Origin: Phoronis australis
Taxonomy: Eukaryota; Animalia; Phoronida
DNA: 64,000 bases
Assembly (NCBI GenBank): GCA_002633005.1
Contig: NMRA01000120.1
Location: forward strand, 62,966 to 126,965
Direction of reading: 5' to 3'
Position numbers and translations under genes: made by a program. This document shows, piece by piece, positions 51,845-64,000 of this stretch (its first letter is position 1; every line of letters starts with the position of its first letter). The notes under the pieces were generated by a model. The model made no database searches. It was not told the origin of the DNA and saw nothing but the letters and a program-made list of their open reading frames with translations.

Positions 51845-54800
51845 TATGGAAAGAGTGATAACCTGGTTTAGTTGGTCTTAAGTTTAAACACAGCTTAGTT
51901 GTGTATTGCCTGGTCAGGTCCTCTTATCCAAGGTGAAATGTGATCTTTGAAATAGATGAAAGCCAGTTTATGTTAAAAGCTCGCCAATTTAGGACAAGTG
52001 AAACGTTATTTTTCTAATTTTCCATAAAAGATTCGAGCACCAAATTAGTGCTTTGTCATGTGCAATGGATGTACCATATCTAATTGGCAATACTTTGAGA
52101 AACTGAGGGCATTCACAACAAGGTTGGAAGACTTAACAATTATTTTTGTTCAAAATCAGTCAGATTTTATTGCGTATTGTTTCAGTTGGCAACAGTACTG
52201 CATAATTTCGTGTTACAACAGGTAGCACTTGTTGAATCTGAAATGGTTTTACTAACAGCTGGTCTAACATTATTTGCTAACCTCCTAGGCTGGCAGTGCT
52301 CCAAAGTGCTGAAAATTTTGACGGAAAATATACACCGTGTAGACATGAATGAGAGTGCAGCCTGATTGGATCAATATTCCCATCACAAAATCAGAAGAAA
52401 ATTGCCACGCTCCAGTATTGTCAAGTGACCACTTGTTCAGTGATTTCTATTTTTAGATGTTAATGTTTTCTAAAGCCCTGCAAGCTGTCATGTACGAACT
52501 ACTTGCAATACAGCCAAAAAGTTGAACAGTTTTATTAATGTGAAGATATGGCCTTTTTTAATCCATTGAAGATAAGTAAGCCATTGACAACTGTCACAGT
52601 GTTACACGAGTAGTTTCGTTTTCTGGATTTTCAAAAGTTTGCTGTTTTGCTGTTCCCTAATTATTTAGGACGGTCACACAGTCAGTTGTTTTTATTTCTG
52701 ACGCCCAGTTTTAGAGTGCATTCAAAAATGCCCATGATTTCAGTCAATATTTTAAGAATGAAGTTTCTGAGTATCTAGAATTGTAGCAATTTTTTTGAAA
52801 ACTCTTCGGAAGTCCTTGATTTTTCAGCATCATCATCAAATCATTCAAAGCTATGATATCAAAACAAGCATTGATTACTGTTGTACATCACAGATGCATT
52901 TAAGTTATACGTTTGCAGGATCTAATGGTGGTGATATTACGGTAGATCTTTGAATTTTTAATTCTGAAATTAACCATTGAAACTTCTTGGAAGTTCTTAA
53001 TTTTCTAGAGCCTCAAAGTATGGTGTATGAATGATGCCAAATTTGTCTCAAACTTTTCAGTGCTGTGATAGACTTTGGTTTCCAATCCAAAACGTAACAT
53101 TCAGTAGATCAAGTAAAAAGGAGTCAAAACACTGCGTACTTTTAATACGAACCCCTGTGTATCAGTTAAAGGTTATCAGTCCATACATTGTGATATTAGA
53201 AACCATTATGCACACGATTACCGTGTAAATACTCCGAAACTCGCTATTCTCCACAAGCGGTATTCTTACTTGCATCTAAATGCTCACAACAGTGCTTTTC
53301 TCCTGTGCGACAAATTTTCGGGCATATTACTACTAACGGCTGCGTTAGTCACAACCCCGCAGTTAACATCATACGAAGCCATTATGCTAACGGAAATCCT
53401 CACTTTGCGCAAGTGCACTACAAGCCACATTTCCCGCGGAGTTAAAAAAGTGGAAAATCTACGTGCTTCTTGATCTCTTTGTGGAGTGAGTCGCAGGTCT
53501 CTGGAGGGTTGTCCGGGACCAACGCTAGCATTAACGGAACAAAAGCGGATGTAAACTATTAATGCAAAGGTTTCTCAGTTAAGCATGTGAATTGGGCTAT
53601 TGCTACCGTGGCAAGGACATTTTTGGATCATTTTGTTAATGAGCCCATTTCTTCATTTCTGTGTTCATGTGCTGAGGAAGGAAATGCCCCTTTAAGAATC
53701 TGTAATTAGTTTAAGTCAGATTTTGAAAGAATTGTAATTGATAGTGGCTCTTTCATCTTTGAGCCGGAGTTTTCACTCATAGTTTCCATTTATTGCTGCA
53801 AAAGTAAACTCCAAATAATTTTGGGAATTTGTTTAAATCCAAAATTGTTGGAGTCTGGGCAGAGTTTGTCAGAAGTCTGTGCAAATAGACCAGACTGCTT
53901 TTGAAATGTCTTTTCATTCTTTATGTTACTTACAATGGCTTAGTAGTTAATAAACAAACAGGGTGAACATATGGTACATTGAGGTGTTGCTATTTGAAGA
54001 CCATAACGTTGTTTTAATTTCAATAGTAAGGCACGTATAATACAACTTAAACATTTGTTATCAAGGTTCTCACTGGGCAAAAATCCAAGCACTGCTCAAA
54101 GTGCATGTATGCATGGTTCTTGGCTTCATTTTCTCCCTTTGATAATTCACTGAAACAAATATTGTACACATGTAATAGATTGTTTGAGACTGTGTTAGGA
54201 GTTTGTAAGTAGTTTTACTCTAAGTAGTGGTAGGTTTTGATGTGTGACTAATCGCGTATGAACATAAATCAGTAAATGTGCAGTTTATCATGTTACCTTC
54301 ATCGAGTTGGCATTATTTGATGCCAAGTTAGAGGGCCCTGCAGTGTCAGGGCTGTCGTCTAAAAGGGTTGCATCTGTGGTGGGCCTACTAATTCTTCAGT
54401 TAGGGTCACAATATGACGGACTAGTGTAATTTAGTTTTGTCATTTCTCAACAATTTTTGCTGGGGTGTAGTACAGAGGTCACCAACAAACATTTGGTAAA
54501 ACTATTATTAGCAGTTTTCTAAAACTTACAATCAAATTGAAAAAAGAGTAATTTTAACAGCTGTATTCGTCCCAAATTGAAGATTTTTATGGTAGTGCTG
54601 TTTGGTTGAGTAGTATTTATCTTGCGTGATCAGTGACGCTGATGTAAAAATATTCCATCAATCTCTTTGTTGCCTTGGCGTTATGGTGGTATGTTAAAAA
54701 TTGTAAATAATTTGCCCATCATTTATGTCAATCTACTGCTAAATGTGTGGTAAAATATCTTAAATGGATGATCACTAAGCTTGGTGCATTTCATAATTGT

Positions 54801-57442
54801 TTGGTGTAGTTGTAGTGTGATATACTGTCTCTGCAGCCACTGTCTGAGATGTACCATGTGTTGTGTTCTGGTATTACATACCAACCAGAAGCCTTCCTCT
54901 GATTATTAAAGAGAACTAGACTAGGTTAATCTATTGGCACATATTTAGGCACTGCTGTTTGTAAAGCTGTGACTTAATCCCAAAATTTGGTGCATCCTGT
55001 TTTGTGAAGCACCATAACACAAAACGTGTAGGGTAGCTACCATTGGTAGTAGAGAAGTTTGACTTGCTTATTACATAACAGTAGAATGTTGACATATTTT
55101 CTATTTTAATGTTAACTGCGGTTAGGTACTACATTTAATGATGGTGTACTCAGCATAGATGTAAAACTGACAGAAAACATCCAAATTAAGACACACGCAT
55201 AACTTCTTGCGATTCTTATAGTTGTGTGCCTTTATTCAAAACAGTTGAGCGAAAAAATCTTGAAAAATGACATTATTGCGGTGGTAGTCCCTTGGGTCTT
55301 AATGTAATCAAACCTTATTACAATGTATACATCGAGAGACTTTTGAAATTGTCCGTTATTATAATAACTGGTTGTAACCATGGTAGATATACTTACAATA
55401 GCTAAAATCGGGACTTATGGTTCGTTATGTTGCTATTAATGTTTTAAACAGCGTATGTCGAAGGGATGAACAGGCATGTTAGATATCTTTGGTGAATGCA
55501 CGCAGTTGTGTATACTTCAGTTTGTTTTTAGTGCATTGTATTCAAACTTGGTGCTGAGCCAGTGTGTTTGAAAAACCTTAGCTAAGCTAACTGTTTAGAA
55601 TTCTTGAGCTGTTGGGAAACACCAACAATTGAAAAACAGTACTGCTTAGATCATGAGATGCTTTTAAAAGTGAATCCAAATCATGTTTACGTTGTTTTTA
55701 CTGTCATTTAGCACTAAGAACGATTACTACACAACAACAATGTCGCTAGCCATGCATGGACTTTCTATCCAGTGAGAAGCCACACTTGATCACACTAAGG
55801 AACACTTTACTTTGTTTCACACCTGTGCTCTTTAAAGTAAGCAGTCTGGCTACAGTAGTGCTAGTGAAAGCTAAGGGGTACTTGTAACTGTTCACTTTCT
55901 TGATGTTTTTGTTACCAGCGGAAGTGCTAAGGGAAATGCCAGTGTTTTAGCCATTTTGTGAATGGGGTATGAGGCTACTGATTAGAGTCTGTTTTCTATA
56001 AAGTGAAAGTTTATTGCCAATCTTCTTAGATGCATTTTATGGATATCTGACAAATGCTTGAAAGTGGTATGTTAATAGCTTCCTGCCCAAAGTCTGGTTA
56101 TGCTGTGAAAACAGGTGTGTTTTAGACAAGAGTAATTGCTAAAATTGCCACATTTCTGTTTTTCAGAGGATTACTACATTGTTGCAAATGCTCAAAATTT
56201 TACCGAATGTTGTTTTTTTATGTATTTATTATCCTTTACAAAACAATTACAAAAACAAACAAACAAACAAATAAGTACACCATTCATTCACGCATGCACA
56301 CCTCAGGAAGACCATTCTCATATCTCGTTTAAAGTAAATATCTTCTACATGAACTTAACATGAACAATAAATTTTTCCCATTTTGCAGAGAAGCTGTCAT
56401 GTACAAAGTTTTTATGTGCATTTAATTTTTCAGCATTATAGTATTCATAAGTTTTTGTAACGAACTTGAGAAAATTAGGTATATTTTTGTGACATCTCTC
56501 TTTGTAAATGTACTGTTTAGCTAGTAGAAGTAAAATGTTAAATAGAAAATCTTGCGTCTTGTAAAGTCCAAGAATAACAATATCGTAAGACAGACAGTTG
56601 GGAAGCTGAATGCCACACTTTTGAAGTAGCTTTTCGAATTCCTTCCAGAAATCTTGTACAAAGCTACATTCCCAAAAAAGGTGTGTTGTGTTATAATAGC
56701 TACGTTATACAACCCATGCTAAAAGCAAAATTTTCCTGAATTTTTCATCTATCTGCCATTTCGTGGCCTAAACTGAAAAATTTTTACCCTAAGAGTCATC
56801 TTTGCTCAGGAGACCCCCCTGATTCCTGGAACTAATGCTCACAACACTGCCTCCCCAGTAATGCTGTTTGAACTGTGCACGTTGTTCCTAATGCTAGTTG
56901 TAGGTTTAGCGTGGCAAGAAATATTGATGTTAGTGAAGTTTCTGTCTGTGCACACAAAGCTGTTAGATAATAGTTATGACGTCAGATGACATTGGTTGCC
57001 TCTAATTCAATATTTGTTGTTGAAAATAGCAACTCTTAAGGCAAGCTGAGCATGTGTGTGGGATAACACAGTCAATTTGTGATTAAAGCCAATCTGGAGT
57101 GGATTATTTTGCTTCTTGTATTTGGCAGTTTGCCAAGTTTCGCAAGTCTCGCGTAAAAGGAAACTTCCTTGAGTCTTTGTTAAATGTTCTTTTCCTGGGA
57201 GACAAAACGAAAGTACTGTTGGAAAATGTTTCTTTTTTCTTTCTTGTTTTCCTTGTCATTGTTCTCATCTACTGTGGAGAATGTGTAATATATCCTCAAG
57301 TATTATGTACACTGTTTACACACTCGGGCAGTGTCCAATAATATGTAATTTTGTTGTTTATATTATCTACGTGTGTAATTGTTTTGTAAAGCTTGAAAGA
57401 GGAATATTAAATAATAAATAGGGCATCAAGTCACCCTGGGAA

Positions 57443-57681
57443 CCCGGGGGGTCACTCATATTGACAAGGTGCTCACAGACTTGTACTGAAAACTGCGGGT
57501 AGGTGGTACTGTTTCAGCAAGTTTTGCGACACCGGCGCGGTGTCCAGTAGACCTCTAAATTTCCATTCCTATCTCACAAAAGGAGGTGGGAATTAGCAGA
57601 CCTGACACCTGCATCAGGGTGTCTCATCATTTTTTGATACATATCTGCAGACACCTTGTCAATATGAGTGACCCCCCTGGG
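57443..57681. mobile_element. ~240-bp MITE with perfect 26-bp TIRs
   Basis: ggggggtcactcatattgacaaggtg (57446-57471) is the reverse complement of 57652-57677. Confidence 0.85.
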
Positions 57682-58739
57682 CCTGGACAGCAACCAGGAC
57701 AGTCTGCCTGAGGACCTTGTTGCACTGAAATCAGAGTATCCAAGCCTGTCAATTTCTTGATGAAACATCAACATTGGACAAAACATGACTCAAATGTGAC
57801 TCTTTTGTCAGAGGATTATGTATAACGGAGGATAAAACTTCTCTAGTTTGGGACAATGGCCAAAATTTGGGACACAGAAATCCAAGTGGAAATAAGGTTT
57901 TCCTGATTCTGAAGTTTGTTTACATGGGCGATTTTTTGATGTATCATGTCTGTCCGTTTGTAGGCCAGTGCGAGTTTGAAAATAAATTTGGAAGTTCATA
58001 AAAAGTAATGCTGATCATTCACACTCCAGTAAAACCTGCTTCCAATACCGTTGAATTTAGGATGCCGAGTATTGCGAATTTCCCAAAATTCGCTACCAAC
58101 TACAGCCTTCAGAGGAACACTTATTTTTTCGCTGTTCCAGTTTACAGAATTTTCACTGTAGGTACACCATGACACCTTCTTGAGCAAACCATAATGAAGT
58201 CTTTGGTCCCTGTCAACATGCAGTTTGCTGCCAGCAGACATTAAGCTGATAGGTCATTATTTGGAAACCTCTGGAATATTTTTGACACACTTCATGTTCG
58301 GAACAAGTAGACATACAACATATTATTACACTTGCAAAGAAATGGATACACACGCACGCACGCACACGCACACACACACGTGACCCTATGAGGTTGTTAT
58401 GAGTCACTGACTTACATTACATTTGGGCATCCGTTGACAACAGCACCACCTGTGGTGGCTGATGGATGCATAGAAGGCAACTGAAACACACACACTGATC
58501 ATTTCCAACCAACAAAAAGGATCCAAAAAGCAGTTTAGACCCCCCCTGCTAAGTAATCGGAGTTGCTTAACGAAGCAACACCTTTATTTTCAATTTTTCG
58601 AATCGGTGATAATGGTGCGTTCAGTTTATAGTCTCCGAAGTACTAAGATTGCATGGTGGACATTTTGGGGTTACACCACAGCAGTTCTTCGCTTCTGTTG
58701 CGCAAAGAATGGTCAACAAGTAAAATTCCATTTCGTCAA

Positions 58740-58868
58740 AAGTTAATGACCGTTCATACCACACACCAGCGTCAATGCTCCGCTCTTAAATCCACCAGTT
58801 TACTGCGAAGTTAACCGTTCATACTAATCGCAACTCCCTAAAACGTCGACGCTAGTATGAAGGGGCCT
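58740..58868 (+). mobile_element. Family A MITE, right-end fragment
   Basis: tcttaaatccacc...gttcatact...cgcaactccc...cgtcgacgctagtatgaaggggcct matches 8190-8319. Confidence 0.7.
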
Positions 58869-60500
58869 GAAATGTCCAGTGTGTACTCTCTGACGCCTGT
58901 AAGTTCGCTTCATGATCAAAATAGCGTTGTGTGTTCATGATACTGCGTCTCAAGTTGGTGATGATTAATTGTATGTTTTCTGAGACAGAAGCCATTCCAT
59001 AAACCACAGTCACAATTAATGTGCTTCATTTTTCACAATTAAATTGATAAACCTGACATTGGCATATCTCACACTTTCAATTCTCCACCTTCTAAGCTAA
59101 GAATGTTTCTTTAGGCAAGTTCACTGTCCTACATAATATTATTCAGCGTATGTTGATCACAGCCAGTTATTGATTACAATAACCAATTAGTGTACATCAG
59201 ATGATAATATTAATCCGTGGGCACGGATTACTTAGTGAGAGCTTTGAGTAAAGACTAGAGTGGGAAAATGAGACATGCAAAATTTACGTCCTGTGTAAAT
59301 GTTCGTGGTTTGGTCTCCTTGTGGGAGTCTGCTGGAAACTCAGCTTTTGTGTTGATAACTGTTATTTTAATTCATCCTATTGACCCTGGTGTGCAGATAT
59401 GTTCTATTATTAATCAAGAAAAATACCAATGATTGACCTCATTTTAGTATAACCACTTTTTCTAAAAAAAGATATTTATTTGGCTAAGCATCAAACGGTT
59501 ATAGATAAGAAAGCTTATTTGTGGTGAATTTGGGACAAAAGTAATTGTCAAAATTTTATAGTTTTCTGGAGCTTCCTCAGCTTCCTAGAACTGTTCACAC
59601 TTGTGGCCACAACATCAGCCAGGATCAATGTGCCAATGAGTGCTGTCTTGTCACAGTAATGTGGGCTTCACATATCAGGGTCTGTGTGAATGCATTATTT
59701 CCAGCACTCATGAATTAAAAATGTGGTGGCAAGGGTAGAATGTAACAATTAGGTAGACATTTTGATTATGATTGACAGGTGGATTTAACTGTCAGTACTA
59801 GTTATTGGAGGTTATAAATTGCAAATTCCATCGAAAAAAATTCACTGACAGACAATAAATCGCTAGTTTAACATTTTTTGCTTTGAATGTTGGTCATCCT
59901 TTCTTAAAATCTAGTTCTTTAAGAAACTTTCTTTTTTCATATACTGTCTGTGGGGATTAAGTAAAATTTGCATAAATCGGATCTAAGGGGATCGACATTC
60001 TATCCGATTATGGTGAAATCTGCCTGATATGACTGATACATGTACCAATGATAAATACTTGTTTCACAAGCTCGCTTCCAGAAGTGAAAAGGAGATGGAC
60101 ACAAAGTACAAAGAACAGATAAAAATAAAATACACTATGGTAAAATGGGCAGTAAAAAAGCGTATTTAAACACAGAGTTATGAGAGGGTGCCAATAGTGA
60201 GTGGGTGGGCAATATTTGAGGAATGTTTGGACACGTGTGTCTGTGTAGCTGACACAAGGAAATGGAACTGAAACACATGAGTTTACAAACAAAGAAAAAT
60301 TCTGTAGACAAGTGACAGTCATCATACTGTGCGAGCCAGGACCTGACAGAAGTCGTGGCACATGATGATATAAAGGGTTGATTCCTCAAACTAAAACAAG
60401 AGTACTGTGAAGCTTGCTTAAAATTTCACGTCACTGTTAATTTATAAACAACTCAGTGTGCACTCCTGGTTTTCACTAATTGATCAATTGTATTTTACAG

Positions 60501-60734
60501 GATGGTCCATTCAAGTGGAACAAGGATATTCAAGGTCACATTCTGGGCTCATTTTTCTATGGCTATCTTATAACACAAGTACCTGGGGGATGGTTGGCGT
60601 CGCGGTTTGGCGGGAAGCGCGTCTTTGGCTGGTTTATGTTCGGCACAGCAGTGGCCACTCTTCTGATACCTGTGGCTTCAAGGGTCCACTATGCGTTCCT
60701 CATAGCTTTGAGAATCATCACGGGCATGGGATCG
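60501..60734 (+). CDS. SLC17-family transporter exon
   Basis: ttacag|DGPFKWNKDIQGHILGSFFYGYLITQVPGGWLASRFGGKRVFG...LRIITGMGS|gtacgc; 234 nt, phase 0/0. Confidence 0.95.
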
Positions 60735-61101
60735 GTACGCTGGCACCTGCATGCCTGTCACTCAAGTGTCTTGCTTACAGATAAGCTCAAAGTGTATATC
60801 TGACAGAATTCAGTATTTGTCCGACAGATTTCACTATTCATCCAGCAGATTTCAATAAGTTCTGTGTGTCATTTACTGTATTTATCGAGATGTTTGGTGA
60901 AAACTCGATTTCGTTATACAAAATAGTAAATATGATACTAAGTCATCCATACAAGATAGACTGTCTGCCTTCTCTAAAACAAATGCATTCATATTTTTTT
61001 TGAATTTACGAATTAATTGCCTTTGGAATTACAGTTTGAACATTGAGCTGTCAAATCAGTTGAATGAGTACTACAGCTCACTGGACACTGCTTCGTTTCA
61101 G

Positions 61102-61189
61102 GGTGTGGTCTTCCCTGCTATGCATTCCATGTTTGCCAACTGGGCCCCACCGCTGGAGCGGTCGAAGCTTGCCAGTATTTCATATGCAG
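61102..61189 (+). CDS. SLC17-family transporter exon
   Basis: tttcag|[29 protein letters not shown]|gtattt; 88 nt; 'WAPPLERS' signature. Confidence 0.95.
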
Positions 61190-61214
61190 GTATTTAATTG
61201 CTACTTCAGTTGAT

Positions 61215-61374
61215 CACTAAATAATTCACAAGGTTGGTAGAGAACACATAGATTAATTCCTAATAGTCTTACACTTAATGTTCAATAGTTTCCGAAGATT
61301 GCTGCTGCGAGTAGCCGAAACTGAGTCACGGTACACCGTTTTTGCTTGGTTGTGTTAATACGAATTAATCTATG
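61215..61374 (+). mobile_element. Short Penelope-like insertion with a degenerate minimal hammerhead core
   Basis: 13-bp flanking direct repeat TACTTCAGTTGAT (61202-14 / 61375-87); 14-bp inverted repeat 61246-59 / 61362-75; CCGAAGA-stem-CGAAAC-TGA-GTC at 61292-61327. Confidence 0.55.
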
Positions 61375-62599
61375 TACTTCAGTTGATGTTATGTGTGGAA
61401 CTAATGACTCATTATGTCACAAACCTGTGTATACTGGTACATTGCACAGTGATGCGTGAGCTGGAAGGAGTCTCAGCATGACACGTACTTGAAGCGGAAC
61501 TCGAAAATATTTTTTGGCATTTTCTAGTTTAGTTTTGTGCCAACTAAAGAAAACAGACTCTATTATTCTGTGCTCATGTACATTATGGTTTGTGTATATG
61601 AGTTTCTCGTCCCAAGTTCGTACTTGATGACTCCTAGATTCGAGCTACAAACTCGAGTATAAACCCCACATTTCAAGTAAAAAATCAAAATTTCAAGTTC
61701 AGAGTTTTCTTGAGTTTTCCCAAGCCAAAAATATTTTTGAGTTTGATTTCGACACCTTCCCATTTGTGGATGGGTTCAATGTATTCTGAGTCATCTAATG
61801 GCCATTTTTATGATACAAATAAACACCCCTAGAAGCAAACCGTTTGCGGTGCAATTGTGGATGCATTTCAACACTCTGCATTGCTCATGTAAATGTCTAG
61901 CAGTACTGAGGTGGCTGTTCTTCTTAAGCCTAGAAATCTCTTACTCTGAGCAAGGTGAGGCCAGGCGGGTGTTGTATAAGAGGCAGACAAGTAGCTGTAT
62001 GAAGACAGCTAGGAGTTGGTGTCTGTTAACTTCACATAGACTTTGAAATTTCTCCACCCCTGGCAGTTCTGCTTGTCACCTCGTCGTGTACCTTATGTCA
62101 ACAAGCAGAGCTAATTACTGGATGGTTTGCATGCAAAATCTAGGAGTCAACAGACCCTCACCTTGCCGGTTACATCCGTTTAGGTGAAAAACAGTTAAAT
62201 AAATGTCATTCTCTGTCTTCTGTAACAAAGCAGAGTTAATGCTGCATTGCACTAGGACTAGTTCGGTAGAAGTGAGAAACTCTCCAAAACGCAAGATCAT
62301 GCAAGCTTTTTGAAGACATCCCCGAGTATTATAAGTGGAATACAGGATATCATAGGATATCCTTCACAAGATTCTAGTGTCTATTAACTCAGCCCAGCAT
62401 TGTAATGCAAAGTGTCTACTTCAAGAGTTGGTCTCTTAGCCGAATGGCGTAAACTGCATGCTGTGCTTAAGGATGCTGCGTACGGGGCTGTATTACTTTG
62501 TTGAAGTTGAGAAAACAGTAAATCGCTTACTGTATATTAGTTTTTATGAAAATATCCTCGGTTTAGTGCAGTTAAATATTGTATTTGTTTTTTTAACAG

Positions 62600-62695
62600 G
62601 TACCCAAATAGGAAACGTCATCACACTGCCAATAGCTGGACTACTGTGTGAATATGGTTTTGATGGCGGGTGGCCATCCATATTCTACATATTTG
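62600..62695 (+). CDS. SLC17-family transporter exon (gene continues beyond the right edge)
   Basis: taacag|(G)TQIGNVITLPIAGLLCEYGFDGGWPSIFYIF|gtatgg; 96 nt, phase 1/1. Confidence 0.95.
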
Positions 62696-63405
62696 GTATG
62701 GAATTTGTGTCAAGCATTTTTTCTCAGACTTAGTGTTTACCATTTTCTAATCTTATTGGGAATGAGTTTCTTGTTAGGTAATAAAACAATTCTTGGAAAT
62801 TTTGCACTCAGGTTTGCGTAAGAAATGAAGGTTCAAAACAGAAGACTCAACGTGACTTAAAAGTGACATTTTCAAGATTATGAATGGACCTTTACATCAC
62901 ACAGAGAAATTAATCGGATAAGATAGTACCTTTTTCCCCAGATTTCTTTTTCATCTAAACTGACTGAGAATGATGGATCATTGTGGCAAATTCCTAATTC
63001 GATTTAATTTGTTCTGTAATCGGTTACTGATGTATTCTTACCAAGACACTGACCTAGGGTATAACTTGCATTATCCTATATGCATGATAGTATGGCCATG
63101 AAATACGGGTCGTATTGTGAGGTTTGATATGGAAGAACGACTTTTCTGTATTCAACACATGTTGAATAGGGATTTTTCGTATTCAACGTGCATTGAACTT
63201 GGGCCTCGCCCTCGTTCAAATACTTTTGCATATGACGAATCTCGATATAATAAGCACTGGTGCAAACTCGTACGTTGTATAACCTATATTTATTCCTCTG
63301 GTCTTAAAAACATGCTGGCCACTGGTGCCTCACATTTGTCATTTTCTAGACCTGTTTTCATTGATTGTCTAGAATGTAATGTTCGCCCTACTCTTTCTGG
63401 AGTAG

Positions 63406-64000
63406 GTTTTTATGCGCCCACATATTTATATGTGGACGCATTATGCCATCATCTCCGTCCGTCCGTCCGTCCGGGCGGCGTCCGGCGTCTGGCGTCCGGC
63501 GTCCGCTGCTCTATCTCCAAAACCCTTTGACATACGTTCATGAAATTTGGCACATATGTTCCATCCATGAATGGGACGGCATGTGCGAACTTTCGGACGG
63601 ATCCGAGTACCCGTGTGCCCCCTAGTGGCAATTTTAGTTTTTTACGCTTACCTTTGTATCTTCAAAAGTCCTGAACGCATTTTCATGAAATTTGGTATGT
63701 AGGCACCTATTAGTGAGATGACGCTATCCTGCCGTTTTCAGATGGATTCGACATAGTTTGCGCCACCTAGTGGCCATTTTTAGTGTTTTCGAGTCTGTTT
63801 TTGTGCGTCCACCCCTCTATCAACCAAACCGCTCAAAGAATGATTGTGAAAATTGGCATGTATATGCTTACTATGTAGAGGACGGTTGACAATGATTTTC
63901 CGACGATTTCGACTACTGTGGCGCCTCCTAGTGGCAGTTTTGTTTTTTTTGCGCCTATGGCTGTATCTCCTAAACCGTTCGCAGGATCTTTACGAAATTG
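63406..64000 (+). mobile_element. HINE/DINE-1/pearl-like Helentron-associated element (cut by the window edge)
   Basis: T-run, 5' hairpin tgcgcccacata..tatgtggacgca, (CCGT)n microsatellite at ~63455, then ~145-160-bp tandem units (starts ~63510, 63657, 63817, 63962) carrying tgaaa(t/a)ttgg and gc.cc.cctagtgg motifs. Confidence 0.8.

Noticed and set aside
56230-56720. Possible decayed L1/Tx1 3' end on the minus strand
   Set aside because: Only a vague H.FF.C-like trace and an A-rich tail; too degraded to support without a search.

Overview
AT-rich, intron-rich animal genomic DNA, probably from a marine invertebrate bilaterian; it is not prokaryotic, and most ORF-track entries are spurious. 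Four spliced genes can be rebuilt by hand from GT-AG boundaries with consistent phases. (1) The 5' part of par-3/PARD3, minus strand, exons 16148-16267, 6535-6639 and 1317-1503; the gene runs off the left edge. (2) A complete 5-exon ankyrin-repeat + SOCS-box (ASB-like) gene, plus strand, 20226-28342, about 447 aa. (3) A complete 6-exon CHMP3/VPS24 gene, minus strand, 41210-30892, 215 aa. (4) The 5' part of an SLC17 (sialin-like) transporter, plus strand, 47974 to beyond 62695. Introns hold many small non-autonomous elements: Harbinger-like and mariner-like MITEs, a truncated LINE, Helentron-associated (HINE-like) elements, hairpin repeats and a higher-order minisatellite. The most notable unannotated structure is a family of tiny LTR elements (TRIM-like) whose LTRs contain a tRNA-like Pol III cassette. 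One copy has two LTRs, a PBS and a PPT (40365-40830), two more sit beside it in CHMP3 intron 1, and a solo LTR lies in the ASB gene. The second is a short Penelope-like insertion carrying a degenerate minimal hammerhead-ribozyme core in an SLC17 intron. All calls come from manual reading; no searches were run.
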